A DNA stretch of 64,000 bases, taken from positions 62,001 through 126,000 of the IMG/VR virus record IMGVR_UViG_3300046003_007892; one strand, written 5' to 3'. A model generated the notes under the pieces. It saw only the letters and a list, made by a program, of their open reading frames with translations, made no database searches and was not told where the DNA came from. Positions 43,300 through 52,681 of the stretch are shown in pieces. The stretch's first letter is position 1; each line of letters begins with the position of its first letter. Both the position numbers and the translations under genes were made by a program.

Positions 43300-44033
43300 C
43301 CCGCCAAATCAATGAAGGAATGCGCACCGGAGACCTGGAAGACCTCGTCCTCCCGATGGTTTCTGCCGATGAATTCGTCAGCAAGCTGGACGATAACGCA
43401 ATCGTGTTCGGCCTCTATGTGAACGACCAGCAGGCCGCGTCCGATCTGAATCGTTTTATCCAGAAATCGCCTGCGCCGCTCCTCGATACCGAGGTGTCTC
43501 CGGCCCCGGACCAGCGTGGCTACTTCATTGTTTTCTTTGAGGTTATGAACGACGACAAGATCGCCGAAACGCTGGGCAGCATTCTCGATGAGGTTTCGCC
43601 CCTGTGCAAGATCGAGAAATGGGACATGAAAATCCGTCTGGTAAAAGACCTAGAGCCGTTTGACAAAGACAAAATCTCTAAGCATTTCAAGACTATCCGG
43701 GATGAAGTTAAGAGGAAGGAAACGAATGAAAGCCTCCTGAACTTCCTTCAACCATCGACGCTGTCCAATGCCGAAATTCGTGGAAATCAACTCATGATTG
43801 AGGGCATGGGTCAAAATGGTGTCTATGATGTGGTTGCCTTCGGGCCCCGCTCTGAGGTAGTCTCCAATCAGTCCTGGGGAGTCGGCCCGCTCGATCTAGA
43901 GATAGCCGACGTCCTTCAGGAACTTCGCATGGACAGGATGCTCGGAGAGGGCTGGACCGCGACCCGTATGGGTGGCGTCACCGTCGTTCAGCGTCATGAT
44001 AGCGATCAAGCTATCGTGCTAAAAAAACGCTAA
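43296..44033 (+). CDS. late hypothetical protein
   Basis: MTRQINEG, ATGA coupling. Confidence 0.7.
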   Translation: MTRQINEGMRTGDLEDLVLPMVSADEFVSKLDDNAIVFGLYVNDQQAASDLNRFIQKSPAPLLDTEVSPAPDQRGYFIVFFEVMNDDKIAETLGSILDEVSPLCKIEKWDMKIRLVKDLEPFDKDKISKHFKTIRDEVKRKETNESLLNFLQPSTLSNAEIRGNQLMIEGMGQNGVYDVVAFGPRSEVVSNQSWGVGPLDLEIADVLQELRMDRMLGEGWTATRMGGVTVVQRHDSDQAIVLKKR

Positions 44034-44154
44034 AAACCCCTGATATTATTTCTTTTTCTGCTTTCCAAACCGCGAAGCTTGTTGCAAGCTCGACGTCTGG
44101 GGTGATGGGAGGAGTCGCTTAGTCGTGCGTCTATCGGTTGAGGTGGGTTTGCGG

Positions 44155-44496
44155 GTGAGCCGTAAAAAAATCATTGTGCCGCCCTCTATCGACGTGCTCG
44201 AACAGAGGGGCCGTAAGATCGGCTCACGGGGTGGTCTGGTCACGATTGTGCCGTGCTGCATCGAGACGGCCTGCCACCTGAAAGTGTGGGCGAACGAATC
44301 GCTCATCAAATCTCCCGCGATCTTCGGGTGCTGGTCATACGAGCTTCATGATTTCCGATGCGACCGGGAGTTCCTCGGCGTGACCGTCTACCTCAAATCT
44401 CTGGCCGACGTGGTGCACTTCAGGCTGGCCGTCAGCACCGAGCACACCAAGAGTGAAGACGATTTCCTGAAAGAGGCTACCGTTATCCTGGGCTAA
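44155..44496 (+). CDS. hypothetical protein
   Basis: GTG start MSRKKII. Confidence 0.55.
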   Translation: MSRKKIIVPPSIDVLEQRGRKIGSRGGLVTIVPCCIETACHLKVWANESLIKSPAIFGCWSYELHDFRCDREFLGVTVYLKSLADVVHFRLAVSTEHTKSEDDFLKEATVILG

Positions 44497-44560
44497 GGTG
44501 GGTTCTAAAACTTTGGGGTATGAGCCTAAATAAGGGTGTTCCTTTGTTTAGTGAGACCCC

Positions 44561-44827
44561 GTGGAAGAATTGTTCGTCAGCCTTGTGACAAACCTGGTAT
44601 CAGGTGGTCCGCAATCCATCATTGCTGGCTTGGTCCTGTTCATCGTTCTGCTCCTCTTCGAGCGGAAGCGATTGATGGCGACTATCACAAAGAAAGATGA
44701 AGACCTTCTCAAGAAAGACGATAAAATCGACAAGATCATCGAAGACTACTACAAGGGGAACATGACCCTAGCCGATGCTCTCAACGGTCTGAAGGTCGTC
44801 CTCTTCGATATCAAATCTCGTCTCTAA
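44561..44827 (+). CDS. small membrane plus coiled-coil protein (holin-like?)
   Basis: one TM, charged helical tail; TAAATA upstream. Confidence 0.6.
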   Translation: MEELFVSLVTNLVSGGPQSIIAGLVLFIVLLLFERKRLMATITKKDEDLLKKDDKIDKIIEDYYKGNMTLADALNGLKVVLFDIKSRL

Positions 44828-44907
44828 CCTGTTAACTCCTCGCACTACTTTCGCGCGTGGGGATAAATACGCCTGTCTATATCCATGCTGGATATCTTGG
44901 GTCTTCG

Positions 44908-46167
44908 ATGTTTTTTGGAAAAAAGAAGCGAGCGGCAGCCGCGAAGGCTGCTCACGATAGCATGGTCCGCGACCTGGACCGTGACCGCAAGCTTGCCGAA
45001 AGCCAACGGGCTCTCCTAAACGCTGCCCTCACGACCGCCGATACCGCCCAGGAAGTCACCGCCAAACTTCGTAGTCGCCTCGACGATATCGTCAACCAGT
45101 TCGATGCCACCTCTCGCCTTCTCAAGGACGCCCTCGTCATCTGCAACATCCTCGGAGAGATCACGGCTTTCAACCCTGCCGCAGAACTCCTGTTCGGTAT
45201 TCCACATGATGACGCAATTGGATTGCCGGTCATGGACCTCTTCCGCAAAGCGCAGGGCAACGAGGAGATCGCCGATCTTGCCAGCCTGTGGATTCTGCTC
45301 AAAAACGAAGACCAGACCGACGTCATTGGCGCCAACGGTGACAAGCGTTTCCCGGTTCAGACAAGCCTATCCATGCTGGACCGCCACGATGGCTCCTCGG
45401 TCATCCTCCTGCTCGTTCAGGACCAGAGCACTGCCGTCATGGCCAGTCGCAGCGAGCGCAAATACGATTCCCTGTTCGCTTCCAGCTTCGACGGCGTCCT
45501 GGTCGTCTACAAGGGTCGTATCGTGGCCGCCAACCCGGCAACGACGCGCCTGTTCGGATATCCCACGGAGCAGCTTTTGAACGAGCCACTGTTCATGCTC
45601 GTCCACGCCAGACACGCTAACCGGCTTCTCACCTCCAGGCTCCTCCCAGACGGTATGAAATCACCTTCGCAGAACTTCATCATCGAAGGGGTGCACAGCA
45701 GCACCCGGACCTTGAGTCTGATGTTCGCCACCACCCCCATTGAATGGGACAACGCGACGGCACTCCTCATCACAATCAAGGACGTGACGGAACTCCAGCG
45801 TCTGGAAACAGTGTTGGGCGTGAAGAGTTCCAACGGCGAAATGATCGTTTGTTTCGGAACCGATTATATCGTCACCTTTGCAAACAAGATGTTCATGGAT
45901 GTCCACGGGCCCGTGGCAATAGGCTGCGATATTCGCGTCATCCTGGCGCCGGACCAAATGGAGGTCTTTGAAGCCAACACGAAAAAACTCTCATCCGAGA
46001 ACTCGTCAGTGCGATCTCATACCCGCCATGTCCGGGATGATGGGACGGTATACTTCCAGGACTGGATTGATAATGCCGTGTTTGACCAATGCGGTAGTCC
46101 AATCGAATATCAACGAATTGGACGAACGATCAGCGATGCCCTTTCGAGCGCGATCAGAGACGATTGA
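44908..46167 (+). CDS. multi-PAS domain protein without output domain
   Basis: PAS-type FNPAAELLFG, ANPATTRLFGY, ANKMFMDVHG. Confidence 0.8.
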   Translation: MFFGKKKRAAAAKAAHDSMVRDLDRDRKLAESQRALLNAALTTADTAQEVTAKLRSRLDDIVNQFDATSRLLKDALVICNILGEITAFNPAAELLFGIPHDDAIGLPVMDLFRKAQGNEEIADLASLWILLKNEDQTDVIGANGDKRFPVQTSLSMLDRHDGSSVILLLVQDQSTAVMASRSERKYDSLFASSFDGVLVVYKGRIVAANPATTRLFGYPTEQLLNEPLFMLVHARHANRLLTSRLLPDGMKSPSQNFIIEGVHSSTRTLSLMFATTPIEWDNATALLITIKDVTELQRLETVLGVKSSNGEMIVCFGTDYIVTFANKMFMDVHGPVAIGCDIRVILAPDQMEVFEANTKKLSSENSSVRSHTRHVRDDGTVYFQDWIDNAVFDQCGSPIEYQRIGRTISDALSSAIRDD

Positions 46168-46501
46168 TTCGTGGCCCGTCGTCTCCGAGGACCCTAAGGC
46201 GAGCATATTCTGGCTCGGCGAAACAGAGCTTGTATTCGATCAGGTCTGCCTCTTCTAGGAGGATTTCCATGACGACGTCCCCGCTCGGAAACGCCCAAAC
46301 CTTGTGATCGAAATGGCGTTCGAACAAGAAAGAGATCGCCTCCTGGTCACCAATGTAGTGTTCAACGGTGCGGTTGAAGCTATATTCGAGAACGTGGAAA
46401 GCACTTCTGACTGTTGCCCCGCGCGCCGATTGCACCACCCTCATCGGGTCTGTGCCCGAGACCCGGTAGCTCGAAATCGGCACCCAGTAGCAGGGTTTCA
46501 C
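46154..46501 (-). CDS. hypothetical protein
   Basis: 115 aa, coupled. Confidence 0.6.
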   Translation of the reverse strand: MKPCYWVPISSYRVSGTDPMRVVQSARGATVRSAFHVLEYSFNRTVEHYIGDQEAISFLFERHFDHKVWAFPSGDVVMEILLEEADLIEYKLCFAEPEYARLRVLGDDGPRINRL

Positions 46502-46785
46502 GACTGTTTCTTCTGGATGGTGATCTCCAGCGTCTTGACGTCGAACCCGTGCCGCTCCAGTTCCTCCAAGAGGCTCTCGCGCGGGCTCTTGTCGTCACTG
46601 AGGATGAAGGGCTCTCGCTTGCGGCCCAGGACGTCCAAGACCTCCACCATCACCCACGCGTCGCCGCGATTACAGCCGTCGCCATGAGCGATCACGTGGC
46701 CGCGTTCGCCGTCATAGTCGAGACCGTATTTCATCCGAATACTGTTCGGCTTGGCTCGCACCCGGCTGAGACGTTTGCGCTTCAT
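46498..46785 (-). CDS. hypothetical protein
   Basis: MKRKRLS, ATGA coupling. Confidence 0.6.
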   Translation of the reverse strand: MKRKRLSRVRAKPNSIRMKYGLDYDGERGHVIAHGDGCNRGDAWVMVEVLDVLGRKREPFILSDDKSPRESLLEELERHGFDVKTLEITIQKKQS

Positions 46786-47138
46786 TCCAATATCCCTTCG
46801 AGCTTGAGGGCGGTGATGTCCCGGCGCATCGCAATCGCGTCGCCACTGAATTTCAGTTCGGTCATAAACACTTCGGTGAAACTGGTGTTGATTTCCATTT
46901 CCACCTTCCACTCCTGGGCTTCAAGAGAAAGGCGACGACCGTCGAGATTCCCGTCTATGAGGAACCTTTCGTCTGTCATCTCCATGGATGGGACCGAAAC
47001 AAACGATGCCCGGTAGACGACTAACCAAGTCGTGGAACTAAGCGGCGGTATATTGCGGCTCGCCCAAACCAAGAGGTCCACGAAACACTGAAGCGAAACG
47101 CCTCGAACAGAATGGAAGAGGGTCGAGTATTCGCTCAC
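46782..47138 (-). CDS. hypothetical protein
   Basis: GTGA coupling. Confidence 0.55.
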   Translation of the reverse strand: MSEYSTLFHSVRGVSLQCFVDLLVWASRNIPPLSSTTWLVVYRASFVSVPSMEMTDERFLIDGNLDGRRLSLEAQEWKVEMEINTSFTEVFMTELKFSGDAIAMRRDITALKLEGILE

Positions 47139-47308
47139 GTCGCCCTCTCGGTTTGCTGGACCTCCCACGGCCCATAGCGGGAATGTTCCGGTGAAGCGTT
47201 GACCTCGCGCTCAGCCCGATCATAGGGCTGCTCGTTCGTGTCGTTGCCGACGTGCACAGTCAGGCGCCATCCCTGCGGGTTGGTAAGCGTGCACCGATAG
47301 GTCTTCAC
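47135..47308 (-). CDS. hypothetical protein
   Basis: GTG start MKTYRC. Confidence 0.55.
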   Translation of the reverse strand: MKTYRCTLTNPQGWRLTVHVGNDTNEQPYDRAEREVNASPEHSRYGPWEVQQTERAT

Positions 47309-47526
47309 TTCCGACGTTTGCCGAAGCTGGTGTTGAACATGAAGCCGGAGAAAAACATCCAGCCAAAGGCCGCGATCACCACCACATAGAAGAGGGCGAT
47401 GATGCCGCCGATGAGCAGGATGACGCGCATGATGCCGGGGGCGATCTCGAACAGTTCGGTGACGAGCCAGCCGATACCGAACACGCACGCGCCGATGATG
47501 GCGAGGACAACCAGGAGGGCTCTCAT
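47305..47526 (-). CDS. two-TM membrane protein
   Basis: MRALLVVL... Confidence 0.65.
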   Translation of the reverse strand: MRALLVVLAIIGACVFGIGWLVTELFEIAPGIMRVILLIGGIIALFYVVVIAAFGWMFFSGFMFNTSFGKRRK

Positions 47527-47756
47527 CGGGCGGCCCGGTGTTCTTTCCACAGGTCCGTCTGGAGGAGCCAGTGGAGGAAACGGAGCCCGCGCGAAGACAT
47601 GATGCGCTCGCGATCAGCAATCCGCTCGGCTGCCCGTTCCGCCCGAAAGGCCGCAATGTCTTCTTCCGAAGGCACGTAGCGGGTCCAGGTTCCCCGAGAG
47701 AGAGCTTGTTCGAGTTCGACGGCGTTCAGGCCGCCTCCGATGGTTTCAGTGCTCAC
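47523..47756 (-). CDS. hypothetical protein
   Basis: 77 aa. Confidence 0.6.
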   Translation of the reverse strand: MSTETIGGGLNAVELEQALSRGTWTRYVPSEEDIAAFRAERAAERIADRERIMSSRGLRFLHWLLQTDLWKEHRAAR

Positions 47757-47964
47757 TGGGTCCTCCGATGCGAAGGCGACCGGCAGGGCCGCCCTGGCGT
47801 GCGACGGCGTACTCGACCGCCTGTTTCACGAACGACTTCAGGCTCACGCCGTGCTCGGCCGCCATGGTCTGATACCGCTCGTAGTCCTCGGGCGAAAGCT
47901 CGATCTTGACGTTGCGGAGAAGCTTGCGCGGGGGCCGCTTCTGGGGGACGAACTCGTCGCTCAT
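47746..47964 (-). CDS. ribbon-helix-helix-like DNA-binding protein
   Basis: VKIELSPEDYERY..AAEHGVSLKSFVKQAV. Confidence 0.6.
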   Translation of the reverse strand: MSDEFVPQKRPPRKLLRNVKIELSPEDYERYQTMAAEHGVSLKSFVKQAVEYAVARQGGPAGRLRIGGPSEH

Positions 47965-48308
47965 CGTGTCACCCGGTAGTCGTTGACCTCGTAGCCGCCG
48001 TGCAGCCATGTTGCGCAGACAACGCCGCGAACCGAACGCCCGTCGATGTTCTTCGCCGTGTAGCCCCGGAAAACGTCCTTGCCCTTGCTGCACCGCGCGT
48101 TGTCGCCTGTGCGGAACAGTTGCGCGCCGACGTCCTCCATGAGGACGACTTCCGTGTAGCCGCGATTGGCGAGTTCGGTCTTGGCCTGATCATCGGATAT
48201 TCGGGCGGTAAGCTGAAGATAGCAGATGACGCAGACGGCAACGAACACGGCGACTGTGAGGACGCCCATGGCATAGGCTGCGGCGATGGGGACTGGTCTG
48301 CTGGCCAT
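47961..48308 (-). CDS. membrane-anchored protein
   Basis: N-terminal TM. Confidence 0.6.
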   Translation of the reverse strand: MASRPVPIAAAYAMGVLTVAVFVAVCVICYLQLTARISDDQAKTELANRGYTEVVLMEDVGAQLFRTGDNARCSKGKDVFRGYTAKNIDGRSVRGVVCATWLHGGYEVNDYRVTR

Positions 48309-48817
48309 CAGTCGTTGCTCACCAGCGGAAAGCGGCCGATCAGGACGTCGAGTTCGGGCTTGAGGCCGAACACGTAGGCGGTCGTGGTCTCCTCGGTGAA
48401 ACATACGTGCTGCTCACGACCGGCCGGACGCGGTGGCATGGTGTGCAGGCTGGCATCCAGACGGGGGACCAGTTCATTGGGAACCAGATAGGGATAGGTG
48501 GGGTCCACGACCGGGTCGGCGATGTAGCCCAGACCCTGAGCGGCTTCGACGACCGCCTTCATGGTGTCGAGACCGGGAACGGCCAGCGTCAAGGTGGTGC
48601 CGAAGCGTCCCGCCTGCGCGCGCCATTCCATGACGGCCTTGTTGGGCTTGTCGCCGCGCAGCAGCGGCGCGATGATCATGTCGTCGGTCAGGGCGTTGCA
48701 GGCATGGCCGATTTGGGCACCGCCCTTGCCATACTTCATGCTCGCCATGTCGGTGCGGACCAGGACGTACAGAATCCAGTCCTTCGGGGCGGCGACGATC
48801 TTGGGCTTCTTGGCCAT
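48308..48817 (-). CDS. PTH2-family peptidyl-tRNA hydrolase-like protein
   Basis: YVLVRTDM..GKGGAQIGHA..TTTAYVFG. Confidence 0.7.
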   Translation of the reverse strand: MAKKPKIVAAPKDWILYVLVRTDMASMKYGKGGAQIGHACNALTDDMIIAPLLRGDKPNKAVMEWRAQAGRFGTTLTLAVPGLDTMKAVVEAAQGLGYIADPVVDPTYPYLVPNELVPRLDASLHTMPPRPAGREQHVCFTEETTTAYVFGLKPELDVLIGRFPLVSND

Positions 48818-49009
48818 TTATGCTTCCTGCGGCACCAAGTAGGAATCGACAGCGACCCCGCCCCGGACCAGTTCGATCAGGACGGCATCGGTGGCGACGC
48901 CTACCGAGTAGTTGAACAACTGACGAATCTTCTTCGCCGGGGCGTTCAGAACCTGAACCCGGTTAGACACCTGATGGGTGAAGCGGATGAAGGGCAGAGA
49001 AACGTCCAT
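48818..49009 (-). CDS. hypothetical protein
   Basis: ATG 6 nt after TTGACA-N16-TAGAAA. Confidence 0.55.
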   Translation of the reverse strand: MDVSLPFIRFTHQVSNRVQVLNAPAKKIRQLFNYSVGVATDAVLIELVRGGVAVDSYLVPQEA

Positions 49010-49044
49010 ACGGCATTTCTACACCGCCCATCATTTTTGTCAAA

Positions 49045-49875
49045 CTATTCGTCGTCCAAATATTCCGAACTGCTGTCCTCGAACTCGTCTTCCGATGAAT
49101 CCACAACTGGTTGCTCGGTACGGACGAGCGGCTCGACTTTCGAAAGGTCGTAGAGGGGGCCGGGTTGGACGGGTGAGTAGAGGTGCACCGCCTGAGCGAT
49201 GGCGTCGGTCATGCCGGAGTCATCATCCCAGGACAGGCTGGAGAAATCTGGCGTCGTGTTGAACTCGGCAATGACCTTGTATTCCGAGCAGACGCCCTTG
49301 GGGGCCTCGGGCTCATAGGCGACGATGTCCATGGGGTCGATCTCGACCATGACATACGGGCGATCATCGGACGAGCAGTGATCATAGGTGCCGAAGAAAA
49401 CCCGACCTTCGCCCGGTGTCGAGTGAGAGTAGGCGGTGAGGGCGCCATCAGGAGTGATCGTGAACAGTCCGGTGGCGATAGCATGCGAGATGGACGCGAT
49501 GACATCTTGATCGGCGGCGAAGAACGAACGTTTGATGAAGTTCAGACTGGGCTCGAACGGCAGCTTGACCAAATTCGAGATTGAGATTGTGCTTCGCAGG
49601 GGCGTCGCATACGGGGCGCCATTGACCATCACGGTGCTGTTGACCTCGTCATACAGGACGTCGATTGAGTTGCTTCTGGCCAGTTCGGTAATGGAATTCC
49701 ACAGGCTCATCGCCAATCTGTCATCGTGCGGCGTGTTGAGGAGTTCTCTCAGCCCGTCGTAGATGGCGTCGTGGTGGCGATGGGTCGGCAGAATAACATG
49801 CTGGTGACCGTCCACATCCGTGAAGGTGAGACGCTTGTAGGATATCGTGTAGGAGAAATTCTTTGGACTGATCAT
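49045..49875 (-). CDS. RIIB-like protein
   Basis: ITPDGALTAY..VEIDPMDIV..K..CSEYKV. Confidence 0.65.
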   Translation of the reverse strand: MISPKNFSYTISYKRLTFTDVDGHQHVILPTHRHHDAIYDGLRELLNTPHDDRLAMSLWNSITELARSNSIDVLYDEVNSTVMVNGAPYATPLRSTISISNLVKLPFEPSLNFIKRSFFAADQDVIASISHAIATGLFTITPDGALTAYSHSTPGEGRVFFGTYDHCSSDDRPYVMVEIDPMDIVAYEPEAPKGVCSEYKVIAEFNTTPDFSSLSWDDDSGMTDAIAQAVHLYSPVQPGPLYDLSKVEPLVRTEQPVVDSSEDEFEDSSSEYLDDE

Positions 49876-49914
49876 GGGTGGAGATTACCAGATCGGGTCG
49901 GTGAGAAACAAAAT

Positions 49915-50223
49915 CTATCTGCACACCGTCATGTCGTCTGAGTACCGAATGACGGCGTGCTTGACCTCCAGGATGGCGTCGGCGGTGGAGAGATTGAACC
50001 ACTCGCCGGAAACCTTGAGATGACGAACCAATCCGTGCAGGGCTTTCTCCAAAGCCTTAACCTTCTCGGCCGGAACAGGCTCCTTGTGGAACAGGCGCAA
50101 CTTGGTGGCCGCGCCAGTCTGGAGTTGACGAACGCGTTTCTCCGGGGTGGCGGAAAAACCGAGCTTACACGGACCCTGGTCGGTCTCAGAGATCACATAT
50201 AGGTAGACGGTCTTTTCTTCCAT
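49915..50223 (-). CDS. GIY-YIG T5orf172-family protein
   Basis: LYVI..CKLGFS..KRVRQLQTG..E..LH..GEWF; TAAATA-N4-ATG. Confidence 0.8.
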   Translation of the reverse strand: MEEKTVYLYVISETDQGPCKLGFSATPEKRVRQLQTGAATKLRLFHKEPVPAEKVKALEKALHGLVRHLKVSGEWFNLSTADAILEVKHAVIRYSDDMTVCR

Positions 50224-50241
50224 CTCCTATTTAGTCTAGAG

Positions 50242-50643
50242 TTAATAGACCGGATGGCCGAGCAGTTGCTTGATCTGGCTGTAGAGACGGACGGCTCGAT
50301 AGAAGGCGTTGCGTTCTATGAGGCTGAAGCCCAGCACGCCGAGAGCTTCACGGAAGATTCGATCTGCTTTCTTGGGCGGCATGCCATGCGAGAGCATGAA
50401 GTCGTGCACGATGGCAGCCTTGGCTCCGCGACCAGTATCGATGAAGGCCCGCAGCGGCGCCGGGATGGACATGAAATCCGTTCGGAAGCCTACCGGAATT
50501 GAGATGATCTCGGTTGGGTTTTCAAAATCACCAACGCGGTATTCAAAGCCAGCCCAGAGGACGAATACGGTGCGGTTATGCACCATATCGTTGGTTACAC
50601 GCACGATCAAGTCTTCGGTGAAAGATGACATATGGTCCCCCAT
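50242..50643 (-). CDS. DUF1353-family protein
   Basis: IPVGFRTDFMSIP..AAIVHD..ADRIF. Confidence 0.8.
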   Translation of the reverse strand: MGDHMSSFTEDLIVRVTNDMVHNRTVFVLWAGFEYRVGDFENPTEIISIPVGFRTDFMSIPAPLRAFIDTGRGAKAAIVHDFMLSHGMPPKKADRIFREALGVLGFSLIERNAFYRAVRLYSQIKQLLGHPVY

Positions 50644-50665
50644 AAGATACTGGGAGTATTTATCG

Positions 50666-51040
50666 TCAGCTAGAAATTTTGATTTCTACTTCTTTCGGAA
50701 AGTTGATCTCGTCTTCGTCGAAAGCCAGTCTGATTTTCGCAGCTTGTTTGTCTGAGAACGTTGCCACCGAGCCGTCAGCGTTGTAGCCGAAGTTGATCGG
50801 GAAGCACTGAATAGCCCGCAAGCGGGCTTTGACCTCTTTGAACTCAGAAGCGTTGAAAACGCCGGGGAACTCAACGATGGTGATGCCAGGACGAACGCGA
50901 GGGGAGAACTCATTCCACCCCGTCAGAACCTGGAAGGAACTCCGTGTGCGACGACGAACAGGCGCGTTCGACCGAGCGATCACGCGCTCGTGCATGCGCC
51001 GGTCAAAGCTGGCCTGCTTGCTGCTCCACGTCGATTTCAT
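50666..51040 (-). CDS. hypothetical protein
   Basis: MKSTWSS, ATGA coupling. Confidence 0.6.
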   Translation of the reverse strand: MKSTWSSKQASFDRRMHERVIARSNAPVRRRTRSSFQVLTGWNEFSPRVRPGITIVEFPGVFNASEFKEVKARLRAIQCFPINFGYNADGSVATFSDKQAAKIRLAFDEDEINFPKEVEIKISS

Positions 51041-52233
51041 TCCGTGACCTCGTTCCAACCCCAGCGGACGCCGCCCCAAAGGTGGCGCACGAGATCAACG
51101 CGAGTAGCCGAACCCAGATGCTTGGCCACGACCCGGTGTCCAACCTCGACCGGGTCTTGCCCGTCGAAGATCGAGAACATCATCGTCCTGTCGAGTCCGT
51201 CCACGTCCTTGATCGCCAGCGCGAGGTCCCGCTTGGAATATCCGGCATACTGCTCGGCGACGCGTTTGGCCAGAGCCTCCATGTAGGTCGAGATGCCTTT
51301 CTGGACCGCGTCCGCGTAATCGACCACGCGCTGACGGTCGTCTGCCGCCAGCAGGGGCAGGGTGTCGTCGATCTTGTCCTCAAGGATGAGGGCCAAGACG
51401 TTCTTCTCGCTTGAGAGGTTGTCCTTGGCGGCATGCATGATGCAATATTCGTCGGCCTTGACCTTCAGCTTGTGGCCGTTCTGGAACGCGATCACCCAGC
51501 CCTCGGTCTCGACGAGGTCGCGGGTTTCGGTGACGAAATCGTTTACGTCGTGCAGGCTCCCAGGACGTCGCTGGACAAGCTCAACGCGGTGGAAGTCGCA
51601 CAGGTCGCCAAGATACCCGAAGTCGCTGTAGACCCCCGTATCGTTGTCGCGGATGGCCAGCAAGACCAGACGGTCTACCGGGTGGTCGATGACGATGCGC
51701 TGTTGGCGCGAACACCATTCGAAGATCGGGGTTTTGTTTTCGCTCACGCATTCTCGCGCAAGCCCCTCGTAGCGGAGATTGCGTTCAACGAACCGATCAA
51801 CCTGGAGGGCAATATCGGTGAGACCCATTTTGGTCGCCCACCGCATTCCACCAGACGTCGGCAATGGAGTGATCATGCTACCGTCCATCTTTTCTAGGAT
51901 GTCACAGTTTTCGCTCCAGTCAACATTTTGTGTAAGGACTTCCGGGCGTTCGTTGAGGTTGAAGAACTTGTGGAACTTCCGGTTCACTACTTTGCCAGTC
52001 GCCTTTGAGAAAGTCAGGCCACGGCACTCGCGCAGAATCGCATACTCGCGATCTTCCTCGCGGTCGCCAGAGAACGCCGGGAAAGTTCCAGAGAAACTGA
52101 TCAGGTAGTTGAAGAGGACAAAGTCGCCACGGTCGGCTTCAATGAAGACCTGGGTGCCCAGCCGGGCGTTGTGGCGCGCAACTACTCCGCTGACCTCAGC
52201 CAGGGACATGTCATGGGGAAATTCGTAAAACAT
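51037..52233 (-). CDS. T4 Rnl1-type RNA ligase
   Basis: ECRGL, HKFFN, EKMDGS, EGWV, KVK. Confidence 0.9.
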   Translation of the reverse strand: MFYEFPHDMSLAEVSGVVARHNARLGTQVFIEADRGDFVLFNYLISFSGTFPAFSGDREEDREYAILRECRGLTFSKATGKVVNRKFHKFFNLNERPEVLTQNVDWSENCDILEKMDGSMITPLPTSGGMRWATKMGLTDIALQVDRFVERNLRYEGLARECVSENKTPIFEWCSRQQRIVIDHPVDRLVLLAIRDNDTGVYSDFGYLGDLCDFHRVELVQRRPGSLHDVNDFVTETRDLVETEGWVIAFQNGHKLKVKADEYCIMHAAKDNLSSEKNVLALILEDKIDDTLPLLAADDRQRVVDYADAVQKGISTYMEALAKRVAEQYAGYSKRDLALAIKDVDGLDRTMMFSIFDGQDPVEVGHRVVAKHLGSATRVDLVRHLWGGVRWGWNEVTE

Positions 52234-52277
52234 TATACGTCTCAGATGATTGAGACGTATTTAGTCCTCAGATAACC

Positions 52278-52574
52278 CTAGTTGGGCAGAAGGGTGTCTG
52301 CGTGACGGTTGAAGAAATCGTATTCCTCGGTGAGTTGGAATATCAGGGCGTCACCTGGGTCATCGAACCGCATTGAGATGACGCGATCTTCGAGGTTCTC
52401 CACCTCCCACCCGTGGCGGCAGTTTCGGCCGCACCAGTTCTGGAGCAAGGCTTGGAAGAGGAGGGCGGTTACGATGTCGATTTTGGAGCGACGGATATCC
52501 AGCCCGAACTCGTAGCCGGGGCCCGACTCTCTTGCAGGGATGCCCGCCGTAGACGGGAAGCACGCCATGTCCAT
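52278..52574 (-). CDS. late hypothetical protein
   Basis: TAAATA-N4-ATG; ends MRFDDPGDALIFQLT. Confidence 0.65.
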   Translation of the reverse strand: MDMACFPSTAGIPARESGPGYEFGLDIRRSKIDIVTALLFQALLQNWCGRNCRHGWEVENLEDRVISMRFDDPGDALIFQLTEEYDFFNRHADTLLPN

Positions 52575-52589
52575 GCGGTATTTAGGCGC

Positions 52590-52628
52590 AAAACAACAGG
52601 TTGGTTCCCGATGTGGGAGCCAACCTGT
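52590..52628 (-). terminator. intrinsic terminator
   Basis: CAGGTTGGCTCCC/GGGAACCAACCTG then TTGTTTT. Confidence 0.75.
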
Positions 52629-52681
52629 GCTTTATCTCGCCATGGTCGTCGGAAAGACAGAAAACGCCCGCGTTGGTTGGA

